Below the pieces are notes generated by a model. It saw only the letters and a list, made by a program, of their open reading frames with translations. It was not told where the DNA came from and made no database searches. A stretch of DNA of 64,000 nucleotides from Lytechinus pictus (Eukaryota): assembly GCF_037042905.1 (NCBI RefSeq), contig NC_087250.1:16928001-16992000 (forward strand), in the 5' to 3' direction. Shown piece after piece: positions 52,492 to 62,597 of this stretch; within the stretch, counting starts at the first letter, position 1, and every line of letters starts with the position of its first letter. The translations under genes and the position numbers were made by a program.

Positions 52492-53229
52492 ATTGGCATG
52501 GCATATGTTCTTTAATCCACAATGGTCACTTTTGCAAGGTGTGTAAAGCAGTGAATTATATTTTAGCCTCTAGTTATTAGATTTTCCACTTTGATGCCAT
52601 GTACGTTGATTAATATTTCATATTGAATCGGGTCCTCATTCGGTACCTAGACGAAGGGGATTTATTTATAACTTTACATAGTACTTTAGGAACGCAATTG
52701 TAATTTGAATGTAAGGGTGTCACGCTCGAACTTTCAGTTTAGGCCTCACCTGATCTCATAGGCGGGGAGGCTGGTATTCTGTATACATTTATATTTTTCG
52801 TGAAATTTTGGCCTCACCCAAGTTCTCATGCGGGAAGGCTGGTATATATATTTATATTATATGATATAAGTATGCCATCTGTAATCCACCGATTTGCCGA
52901 TAGCTCATACATGTAGTTAATAGCTGTGCTGGTATTCCTGTCCGGCTAGCAGAGAACCAGTGGGAAAGCAGCCGTGAAATTTAACGTTGAATTTTCTGGG
53001 AGGGGGGCCTTCTAGCCGGGGGTTTAACCCCCCTTCGGGGAGCTAAACAAAGGCTATCGGTTGGTTCCAGACATACATGAATGTAAGTCTCTAATCTGAG
53101 GTATTCATATCCATGTTTTATACTTATGTGATTGTGACACCGGATTCGGAAAAGTGTTCATCTCTATTGAATAAAGCCACGACATAATCGCATATTATTT
53201 TGTATTGTCATTTTGTTTGCCGAGTATAA
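52492..53229 (+). repeat. Split direct repeat B2 (738 bp)
   Basis: Constant 1476-bp offset from B1; one mismatch seen near its start. Confidence 0.95.
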
Positions 53230-53719
53230 ACTGTAATAAAATGGAGATATTGATTAGTTTGTAATAGAATTGATATTGAAATTTTCATAACTCACCAATC
53301 AAAATGCGAGCATGCAGCGCTAGCTAATACGTTTATACAATCTGACATGGATAGGGATATTTTGATAGCTAAAATGGAATACAGGAAAATAATAGGTACC
53401 TGATACACAAAATTTTGCGCAGCGGGAGCACAAAATGTTAATAATCAGACAATAAAAAAATAAATCTTTACAGAACACTTTTTTAAAAATGATTTCAATT
53501 TCCGAGCTGAAATATGTTATGTGTATTGACTTCAAAATTTGATATTTTAAGTTCCATAGGTGTAAATCACCTAAAAGGCAATGCGAGCGCGAAGCTTGAG
53601 CGAAAATGTTATATAATGACATGAAATAATTTTAAAAAATTGTTTTCGAAGTCTTTCCCTCCTCTTATTTATTCAATAGTTTTCCTCCTATGTTTTTTTT
53701 CTCTCCTCTCCTCTCATTT

Positions 53720-53753
<34 letters not shown>

Positions 53754-54688
53754 TCTTTCTTTCCCCCGGCTTTTTTGCTCCGCCAATAGAGGAAGGAGGG
53801 TGGGGGCAAGCCCCTTGCCCCCCATGATCCAACTCTGGAAAAATCTACCAGAAAGTTATAAACAGGCAGATTCAAAAGAGAAATTAAAATCCGTGTTAAA
53901 ACTTTTTTTTTTGGGGGGGGGGGTTAAATAGCCTTTCCCGCCGCATTTGAAGCCCCTCTACGTTTTTCAGCCTACTGTGAACTGTGCAATTACTTTAATT
54001 TTTAGTGAAAATTAGATGGCCATCCATTCTCTCTCTTTTTAATCGAAATATAATCTTTGTATTTCAGGATCATGATTATGAAAACCTTTTATAACAAAAA
54101 TGATAAAGGAAAAACGCGTCTCAAGTTGTACATGGTTCATTGCTGCATAATATACCAATCATCTTCATTTGTTAATATTCAATCATCAACATTATCACTG
54201 ATATTATTATTCGCATTATCATGTCCGTTAATATCACTTCAAAGTTATGATTATCACTATCATCATCATCACCATCATCATTCATTCATTATATATTTCC
54301 AATCGTTCTCCAATATCAATTTTATATTTTATATAATTAAAAATATATGAAAGATAATGGTAATGACTATGGTGATGCTGGTAATCATGAATATTAGATC
54401 CGTTACGTGAGATAATTTATGCGATTTTACACGCTAATCGCTACTCGATGATGGTGAAAGAAATCTTTTAAATAGCACAAAAGAAGTCGGGACGGTAGTT
54501 ACTACACGTACTTTAATACACTATATTATTACAAAAGATTCCCCATCGGACGGGCCAACGGTCTTTTGAAGTAGGTTCATCTAATCACGACAGCGGATAT
54601 AGGGAATTAAAGTCTGTGAGCGTCTCCCATTGTTTTCTGTGGCGAACCCGCTGAGCATGCTATTGTCAATGATTCTCTACTATACGGG

Positions 54689-55788
54689 TGTGAGGGGATG
54701 AGAAATAACCCTTTCTTTATAATGCAGATTAGTCAGGTACAAAAGGAATGTAGCTAAAGAGGAGCAATATGCTCCAGTGGACATACACTCACTGCATGCA
54801 GGAAAAAGCTCAAACATGCAGTGAGCAGATGAGACTGGCTGTAGCTGCATGTGCCTACATGAAGCGGTAATCGATGTCTCATCCTGATATTCTTGATGTA
54901 TATAGTTGATTTTGGACACCTTAATATGTGAGTACAGTATATAATTTACTCTCTGATGTTAAGATTTGCTGAGGAGCTAAACTAGACAGATTATGATTTG
55001 TGTGAAGAAGAGGGAGATAACTTCGATTTACATGAAGGAGGCATGCTGGTATAGTAACCGAGTTATGCCTATTAATGCTAGAAAGGCGTGTCATTAAGAC
55101 ATAATACTATATATAACTGCCTTTTGGTAAGCCTTGTATTCATAAAGACAGGGCCTGTTGGTTTTCTTTTGGAATTCACGTTGGTAAGCAAATGTGTTAA
55201 TAACTAATTACAGATAGCAAATATTGAAATCTTTTCTAGAGTTGAGGTGACTTAAAAATTGGTAGATGTCATGCCCCACTGATTTGTATTGTGATTAGTT
55301 TGAGTATGTTTCTATTTTGCTTAAGACTGATAGAATGATTATGATAGCTCACTCATTTGCAGAATTGTGTTACCGGTATATATATCTATGTGAAAGTAAT
55401 AAATAGGGAATGGCCTTCTTTGCAGATCTATTTACTACATGCATTTCATAGGCTGAGGTAAACTCAATATATACAATGTACATGTATGAACTAAATTGCA
55501 TACAGTGTATATGGAAGACGATATATTTGCAATTACGGACCTTTAGTTTTTCTGCTCTGCTCTGAAAGCAGCTGTAGCAAGTAATTATTTGTGATCATAA
55601 TGATGCAATACTTACTGTAATTTTGTGTCTTTTAATTGTCTACAGCAACTGAAGTGACCTCAGTCAAGGGTCTTCTACCCTCTTTTGTTTGATTTGAACA
55701 TGATGAAATAAAGATTGGCCTCATACCCAATAGACCCGCAAAAACAACTGCTTCGCCTGATTTATGAATTTCAACCCTTATCCTCACA
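54689..55788 (+). repeat. 5' LTR
   Basis: TGTGAGG...CCTCACA; matches 61498-62597. Confidence 0.97.
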
Positions 55789-55893
55789 TTTGGTAGTACG
55801 GATGGGGTGCGGTTTCTCTTCAGATAACTGAGAACTATTGGCTTGGCCAGGTGTGTAACGATCAAGGAGTAAAAGACAAAAGAGGGTAGGAAG

Positions 55894-56838
55894 ATGACGA
55901 CCATGGAAGAGATGAGGGAGGAGCTGGAAAAGCTGTCATTGGAGCTGAAAAGTAGGGAAGTGTATTTCCCGCCCAAGGAAAAGAAAATCAGGCCCTTTAG
56001 TGGCACTGAAAACATGCTGGTCTCAGATTTTGCGGAGGACATTAAGGCAGGAATTAAACTTCGAAAGCTGACGGGTGAGAGTGCTATTGACTACGTGCTA
56101 GCTCACCTGGAAGGATCTGCAAGGCAGGAGGTGCAACATCGCCCAGATAGAGAAAAGAAGGATGCTGATTCAATAATGAACATCTTATTGGAAGCCTTTG
56201 GGGACAAGCTGAATGCTAGTCAACTAATGCGGCAGATATATAACCGAGTACAAAATGAAGATGAGTCTGTGGCACAGTACGCATATGCCTTACTTGCATT
56301 GGCGACTCGATTGCAACGCAAACCAGGAGCTCCGGAGTCGAAGAATATCATCAAAGAACAGTTTAAAGATGGGTTGAGTGACCCAGTACTCAGGAGGGAA
56401 GTGAAGCGGTTGTTTAAAGAAAAGCCAGAATTGTCTTTTCTAGAGGCACGAGACTGGGCGGTGGAGATGGATGAGGAAGAACTTAAGGGCACCAACCCAC
56501 GCAAAAAGAAATGCACCACCTACCAGGCCGAAGCCACAGCCGAGATGGGAAAGATGGTAGAGGGGCTCACTGCAGCGATCAAAGGCCAAACAGAGCTACT
56601 TGACAAGATGATAGTACAGCAGGGCATTTTCAATTCTCGTCTAAGTCAGTTAGAGGAGACGCAGGACAATGCCAGGAGATTCAGGAGACCTCCTCTAGAC
56701 AAGAATAAGATTGAGTGCCATCGATGCCACCGCATGGGTCATTATGCAAGGGAGTGTGAGAGTCCTCATCCTGGGGGCAATCCACGTACACAGAGGGCTG
56801 GACAGTCAAACAGTCGGCAACAGCAACAGGGAAACTGA
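55894..56838 (+). CDS. gag: Gag with CCHC zinc knuckle
   Basis: 314 aa; Q..DESV..Y major-homology-like segment; CHRCHRMGHYAREC. Confidence 0.95.
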   Translation: MTTMEEMREELEKLSLELKSREVYFPPKEKKIRPFSGTENMLVSDFAEDIKAGIKLRKLTGESAIDYVLAHLEGSARQEVQHRPDREKKDADSIMNILLEAFGDKLNASQLMRQIYNRVQNEDESVAQYAYALLALATRLQRKPGAPESKNIIKEQFKDGLSDPVLRREVKRLFKEKPELSFLEARDWAVEMDEEELKGTNPRKKKCTTYQAEATAEMGKMVEGLTAAIKGQTELLDKMIVQQGIFNSRLSQLEETQDNARRFRRPPLDKNKIECHRCHRMGHYARECESPHPGGNPRTQRAGQSNSRQQQQGN

Positions 56839-56906
56839 ATACACCCAGGGCTGAGAGCCAAGCCCTGGGTGTCTCTTCAGAGTCAGAGAGTTTTGAAAGG
56901 GGCTCT
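56829..56906 (+). promoter_or_regulatory. Programmed -1 ribosomal frameshift signal
   Basis: G_GGA_AAC heptamer directly before the gag TGA, 5-nt spacer, perfect 12-bp stem (56841-56852 / 56861-56872); loop AGAGCC can pair with GGCTCT at 56901-56906; -1 frame open into pol. Confidence 0.85.
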
Positions 56907-59900
56907 GGAAATGGAGAACGAAACATGCTCATTGGTATTTGCCCCACAAGCATCATATTTATTAATGGGGTGGAACTCACTAGTGTGGTAGACTGTGGGT
57001 CTCAAGTCACAACCATCACTTCCAATTGCTTCCAGCGATCATTTTCGCCGTCGACCCTAAATAAATTAAACTGGATTTCTCTTAGTGCAGCAAATGGGAC
57101 AGATATTCCTTACTCTGGATATTTTGAGGCTGATGTGACTATTGCTGGCATTACAGTTCCGAAAAGAGGTATTCTAGTAACAAATACATCACATAAACCA
57201 AAACATCCCATTTTGCTCGGAATGAATGTTCTGCAAGGTTTGCCAGGTGAGACCTTAGCAGCCGTAATTGGAGCTGATGCGTCAGTAGTCACAAGCAAGA
57301 ACTGGATCGACAAGAAAAGTACTGTGGGCCTTGTTCGTGTTGCTGGAAGAGGGAAGGTGAGAGTCCCAGCTCGATCAATACAAGCCATAGAGGTGACAGG
57401 ACCCACTTGTCCTACCCAAACCGCGGTAATTGTGGACCAAATTGTGCAAACTCCGAAGGGAATCATCCTCAGTCCGACTCTGGCTCATTCGTGTAGGGGG
57501 AGAATAACTGTACAATTATACAATACCACAGATGAGGACATCTTCTTAAATCCCAGAACTCCAATTGGATCTCTTCAACTTGCATCGATGATCGATGACA
57601 ATAGTGTCGTGTGTCAAAGAATGGTTGCAAGTGGGGACCAACAAACTGATACAGGTAGAATGAAGCTGCTAGAGACACCTGGACTACTATGGAAAGGACT
57701 GAGTGAGGAGCAGAGACAACAAGCAGAAGCCCTGTTGTTACGAAATAGTGATGTCTTTGCTGCCTCGGAAGAGGACTTGGGCCATACGGAAACGGTAACC
57801 CACCAAGTCAGAACAGTAGATGAGGAGCCTGTTAAGCTTCCATACAGGCGTATCCCCCCATCCCAGCTGGAAGAAGTTAGAGAGCATATCCGAAAGCTAC
57901 TGGAGAAAAAGGTTATCAAGGAAAGTACAAGTCCTTATGCATCACCAATTGTATTGGTTCGCAAAAAAGATGGTTCATTGAGGCTATGTGTGGACTACCG
58001 CAAATTGAATCAGAAAACTAGGAAAGATGCCTATCCAATACCAAGGATTGACGAATCAATGGATGCGTTACATGGCGCACAATGGTTTTCGACACTTGAT
58101 CTCTTGTCGGGCTATCACCAAGTGGCTATGGATGAGAGGGACCAACACAAGACAAGCTTTACAACACCCTTTGGCTTATACGAATATGTACGTATGCCTT
58201 TTGGATTGTGTAATGCGCCAGGAACGTTCCAGCGTCTAATGCAAATTTGCTTAGGGGACCAGTTCTTCTCGTCTGTCTTGTGCTATCTGGACGACATTTT
58301 AGTGTATTCGACTACCTTTGAAGAACAGCTTGAAAGACTAGACCGTGTATTTGACAGACTTCGCAAGCATGGACTAAAGATCAAGCCCTCAAAATGTGAA
58401 CTGTTCCGTCCAGAAGTGAGGTATTTGGGCCATAAAGTTTCAAGAGAGGGCGTGCAGACAGATCCGGACAAGATCGAGGTGGTGAGGAGCTGGCCAACAC
58501 CAAGGAATCTGAAAGAGCTACGCTCTTTTCTGGGGTTCTGCTCCTTCTATCGACGATTTGTGAAAGGATTTTCACAGATTGCTGGCCCCCTGCACAGTCT
58601 GGTTGCCATCCAAGTTAAGAAGAGGAAAGAAAGAAAAACAACACCCTTTACGTGGGAACCAGAACACCAGGCGGCATTTGAGGAGCTCAAAGAGAAACTA
58701 TGTCAACCGCCAGTGCTTGGATATGCAGACTTCACAAGACCATTTGAGCTCGAGGTTGATGCAAGTCTACAGGGACTAGGAGCTGTTCTTTTCCAGAGGC
58801 AAGGTGGTAAGCGTCTGGTAATCGCTTATGCCAGTCGAACGCTCAGAGGTGCAGAGAAGAACATGGAAAGGTACTCCAGTATGAAGCTTGAACTACTGGG
58901 GATGAAATGGGCAATTTCAGAGAAATTCAGAGATTATCTTATCGGGAGTACATTTACAGTGTTCACAGACAATAACCCTCTGGCTCATCTTAACTCGGCG
59001 AAACTTGGGGCTGTAGAACAGCGATGGGTTGGCGCTCTCTCCGCATTCAACTTTGATGTACAATACAAACCTGGAGCGTCAAACATGGTAGCGGATGGAT
59101 TATCTCGTCGCCCCCATGCATCACCCGACACTGCAGAAGAGGCGATATATACTTCTGATGGATGTTGTATGGTAGTGGGAGCTACTCGGTTGCCAGAGGA
59201 ACTCCAGCACACTCATGTCTATTCCCAATTTATCCAAGACAAGGGAGAAATGCAGGATAATGAGGAACCTTCTCCTACGCCTGCCCCATTCCCGAACTAT
59301 TCAAGGGAACAGTTGGAAGAATTTCAGCTTCGAGATCCAACTATCAGCAAATTCCGATACTACTGGGAGAGGAAAGAAAAGCCAAACAGAGAACAGAGGG
59401 CTATAGAAGACGAAAGTGTAATACTTCTCTTGCGGCAGATGGAGAAGATAAGAGAAAAGGGTGGTCTCTTATACAGAGTCTGTGACTTGGAAAATGTTTG
59501 GCAGTTACTTCTACCCAGAGTACTCATCAAGGATGTACTAAAGGCTTGCCATGACCAGACAGGACATCAAGCTGTGAAAAGAACTACAAGCCTAGTTAGG
59601 AGTCGATGTTACTGGCCAAGGATGACGATGCACATCAAAGATTGGTGTAATCAATGTGATCGATGTACCAAGGCGAAAAATCCACCAAGGATCAGAGAAC
59701 CCATGAGGGGATTGACAGCTTCTCGCCCAAATGAATTGCTGGCTGTTGACTTCACTCTACTAGAACCAGACTCAACAGGCAAGGAAAATGTTCTTGTCAT
59801 GACTGATGCATTTTCCAAATATTCATTGGCAGTCGCAACTAGGAATCAAACAGCTGAAACCACAGCGAAGGTACTTGTAAGAGAATGGTTCAGCAAGTTT

Positions 59901-61034
59901 GGGGTGCCGCATCGACTCCATTCAGACCAGGGGCGTAATTTTGAGTCGTCGCTTATCCAATCCTTGTGTCGACAGTACGGAATCTACAAATCACATACAA
60001 CACCCTACCACCCAGAGGGTAACGGTCAAGCCGAGAGGTTTAACAGAACATTGCATGATTTACTAAAAACACTCCCTCCTGAAAAGAAACGTAGATGGTC
60101 AGAATTTCTTCCAGAAGTTATCTATGCCTACAATGCAACCCAGCATGCCTCAACTGGTTTCGCCCCTTTCTACATCATGTTTGGGAGGGATCCCAAACTT
60201 CCAGTTGACTTCCTACTGGGTGAAGAGTCGCAACACGACACTTCTAATGTGAATGACTGGCTGGCTAACCACACCAAGGTTCTACAATGGGCTTACCAAA
60301 AAGCAGGGGAGAGACTTGATCATGAAGCAGCTTATCGCAAGGCACACTACGACAAATCTGCCAAAGAGAGGCCACTGACTGTTGGCACCAGAGTGTACCT
60401 AAGGAGCCATCCTCAAGGTAGACATAAAATTGCTGATGGGTGGCAATCAACAGTATACAAGGTTGTATCCCGACCAGGAGAGGGAGCAGTCTATGCTATT
60501 GAGAAAGCAGATGGCAGTGGTGGTCCAAGGACTGTCAACCGAAGGGAGCTAAAGGTGTGCCCAGTCAGGGAACAATCGGACCCTGTCATTCCCAAAACCA
60601 GACAGGGGAGAACACGCAATACCCCCCAAGAGCAGACTGATAGCATTTCTGATGACTCCAGCTCAGCCATTGAAATAGTGGTGAGGGATCTACCAGCCGA
60701 GTCCACTGACGAACAGCCTGAATTACATGTCCGGACTCCTGAACCAGAATCCAGTGATGAGGACGACCCCCCCTCCCCGTCTACACCAGAAATTAGTGAA
60801 GAGGATGACCCCCTTTCCCCACCTCCACGTCTACGTCGAAGCCTGAGGCTGACGAAAGGGAAACACCGCAATCCTCTCCATCTACCTCGGTCTGCAGCGA
60901 CAGCTAACGTCATTAATGGTAATGCCAGAGTAAAGCCCAGAGCACAGAACGAACATAGTGGAGTTTTGATTGACAGACTCCAAAGTGGTATTAATCGCCA
61001 GTTACATTGGGATGAAACCTCTACGTCATATTAA
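56829..61034 (+). CDS. pol: Pol polyprotein (PR, RT, RNase H, integrase), probably made as Gag-Pol by -1 frameshift; first ATG at 56925
   Basis: VVDCGSQ protease, LCVDYRKLN, MPFGLCNAP, YLDD, VDAS and TDNNPL (RNase H), H..H..C..C plus D-D-E integrase. Confidence 0.96.
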   Translation, partial: GKLNTPRAESQALGVSSESESFERGSGNGERNMLIGICPTSIIFINGVELTSVVDCGSQVTTITSNCFQRSFSPSTLNKLNWISLSAANGTDIPYSGYFEADVTIAGITVPKRGILVTNTSHKPKHPILLGMNVLQGLPGETLAAVIGADASVVTSKNWIDKKSTVGLVRVAGRGKVRVPARSIQAIEVTGPTCPTQTAVIVDQIVQTPKGIILSPTLAHSCRGRITVQLYNTTDEDIFLNPRTPIGSLQLASMIDDNSVVCQRMVASGDQQTDTGRMKLLETPGLLWKGLSEEQRQQAEALLLRNSDVFAASEEDLGHTETVTHQVRTVDEEPVKLPYRRIPPSQLEEVREHIRKLLEKKVIKESTSPYASPIVLVRKKDGSLRLCVDYRKLNQKTRKDAYPIPRIDESMDALHGAQWFSTLDLLSGYHQVAMDERDQHKTSFTTPFGLYEYVRMPFGLCNAPGTFQRLMQICLGDQFFSSVLCYLDDILVYSTTFEEQLERLDRVFDRLRKHGLKIKPSKCELFRPEVRYLGHKVSREGVQTDPDKIEVVRSWPTPRNLKELRSFLGFCSFYRRFVKGFSQIAGPLHSLVAIQVKKRKERKTTPFTWEPEHQAAFEELKEKLCQPPVLGYADFTRPFELEVDASLQGLGAVLFQRQGGKRLVIAYASRTLRGAEKNMERYSSMKLELLGMKWAISEKFRDYLIGSTFTVFTDNNPLAHLNSAKLGAVEQRWVGALSAFNFDVQYKPGASNMVADGLSRRPHASPDTAEEAIYTSDGCCMVVGATRLPEELQHTHVYSQFIQDKGEMQDNEEPSPTPAPFPNYSREQLEEFQLRDPTISKFRYYWERKEKPNREQRAIEDESVILLLRQMEKIREKGGLLYRVCDLENVWQLLLPRVLIKDVLKACHDQTGHQAVKRTTSLVRSRCYWPRMTMHIKDWCNQCDRCTKAKNPPRIREPMRGLTASRPNELLAVDFTLLEPDSTGKENVLVMTDAFSKYSLAVATRNQTAETTAKVLVREWFSKFGVPHRLHSDQGRNFESSLIQSLCRQYGIYKSHTTPYHPEGNGQAERFNRTLHDLLKTLPPEKKRRWSEFLPEVIYAYNATQHASTGFAPFYIMFGRDPKLPVDFLLGEESQHDTSNVNDWLANHTKVLQWAYQKAGERLDHEAAYRKAHYDKSAKERPLTVGTRVYLRSHPQGRHKIADGWQSTVYKVVSRPGEGAVYAIEKADGSGGPRTVNRRELKVCPVREQSDPVIPKTRQGRTRNTPQEQTDSISDDSSSAIEIVVRDLPAESTDEQPELHVRTPEPESSDEDDPPSPSTPEISEEDDPLSPPPRLRRSLRLTKGKHRNPLHLPRSAATANVINGNARVKPRAQNEHSGVLIDRLQSGINRQLHWDETSTSY

Positions 61035-61497
61035 TAGCAACTCTTACTACCTGATATGGAACTATTATTGGAGAAAGTGGTTGGAATCTTGTGGACGATA
61101 TCAGCGTTTGCGAACAAAACTTTAATCAATGTTATTGAAGAAAACAGTGGTAGTGGGAATATTGATTGATAAGATGTGTTTGTGAACACACACACATTAA
61201 TTATAGTTTTGTTGTTTTCATACAGGTTTAGGAAAGAAATGTATTTAAAGTTGGGATTTGGGGAGGAGAATAAGTTTGGATGTATATCTGAAGAAGTATA
61301 TGTTTACTTTGAGACAAGGACAAAGTTATACTGTACATGTATTTTGGTACCTATTATGCAACTATATGGAAAGCAAAAAAAAAAAAAAAAAAAATAAATA
61401 AAAAAATTGTTAGTGCTCATGAGTTTTGTTTAAGTTAAATATTATTATTAGAATTATGCCAAGTTTGAGGACAAACTTGAATTTTAGCAGGGGAGAT

Positions 61498-62597
61498 TGT
61501 GAGGGGATGAGAAATAACCCTTTCTTTATAATGCAGATTAGTCAGGTACAAAAGGAATGTAGCTAAAGAGGAGCAATATGCTCCAGTGGACATACACTCA
61601 CTGCATGCAGGAAAAAGCTCAAACATGCAGTGAGCAGATGAGACTGGCTGTAGCTGCATGTGCCTACATGAAGCGGTAATCGATGTCTCATCCTGATATT
61701 CTTGATGTATATAGTTGATTTTGGACACCTTAATATGTGAGTACAGTATATAATTTACTCTCTGATGTTAAGATTTGCTGAGGAGCTAAACTAGACAGAT
61801 TATGATTTGTGTGAAGAAGAGGGAGATAACTTCGATTTACATGAAGGAGGCATGCTGGTATAGTAACCGAGTTATGCCTATTAATGCTAGAAAGGCGTGT
61901 CATTAAGACATAATACTATATATAACTGCCTTTTGGTAAGCCTTGTATTCATAAAGACAGGGCCTGTTGGTTTTCTTTTGGAATTCACGTTGGTAAGCAA
62001 ATGTGTTAATAACTAATTACAGATAGCAAATATTGAAATCTTTTCTAGAGTTGAGGTGACTTAAAAATTGGTAGATGTCATGCCCCACTGATTTGTATTG
62101 TGATTAGTTTGAGTATGTTTCTATTTTGCTTAAGACTGATAGAATGATTATGATAGCTCACTCATTTGCAGAATTGTGTTACCGGTATATATATCTATGT
62201 GAAAGTAATAAATAGGGAATGGCCTTCTTTGCAGATCTATTTACTACATGCATTTCATAGGCTGAGGTAAACTCAATATATACAATGTACATGTATGAAC
62301 TAAATTGCATACAGTGTATATGGAAGACGATATATTTGCAATTACGGACCTTTAGTTTTTCTGCTCTGCTCTGAAAGCAGCTGTAGCAAGTAATTATTTG
62401 TGATCATAATGATGCAATACTTACTGTAATTTTGTGTCTTTTAATTGTCTACAGCAACTGAAGTGACCTCAGTCAAGGGTCTTCTACCCTCTTTTGTTTG
62501 ATTTGAACATGATGAAATAAAGATTGGCCTCATACCCAATAGACCCGCAAAAACAACTGCTTCGCCTGATTTATGAATTTCAACCCTTATCCTCACA
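61498..62597 (+). repeat. 3' LTR
   Basis: Same length as the 5' LTR, no differences seen; preceded by PPT AGCAGGGGAGA. Confidence 0.97.

Larger units (their letters stand above)
44486..53229 (+). mobile_element. 8.7-kb non-coding element with split direct repeats (A1...B1-A2-spacer-B2); putative non-autonomous Ngaro/PAT-type YR retroelement
   Basis: A1 44486-44771 = A2 51750-52035; B1 51016-51753 = B2 52492-53229; ATAA shared at both ends and at the B1|A2 junction; flanks rejoin into a repeat homologous to ~26290-26465 (reverse). Confidence 0.75.
54689..62597 (+). mobile_element. Full-length Ty3/Gypsy LTR retrotransposon
   Basis: Two 1100-bp TG...CA LTRs, CGGG TSD (54685-54688, 62598-62601), PBS-like TGG at 55791, PPT at 61486-61496, uninterrupted gag and pol in PR-RT-RH-IN order. 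Confidence 0.98.

Noticed and set aside
51016..53229. Assembly artefact or simple tandem duplication as the cause of the B/A repeats
   Set aside because: The A...B-A-x-B order, shared ATAA at three junctions and clean restoration of the host repeat are not expected from a simple duplication; long-read confirmation is still advisable.
54680..54919. Repeated minus-strand ORF MSKINYIHQ... (also 61435-61728)
   Set aside because: Chance ORF duplicated because it lies in the LTRs; no recognisable domain. No env-like ORF between pol and the 3' LTR.
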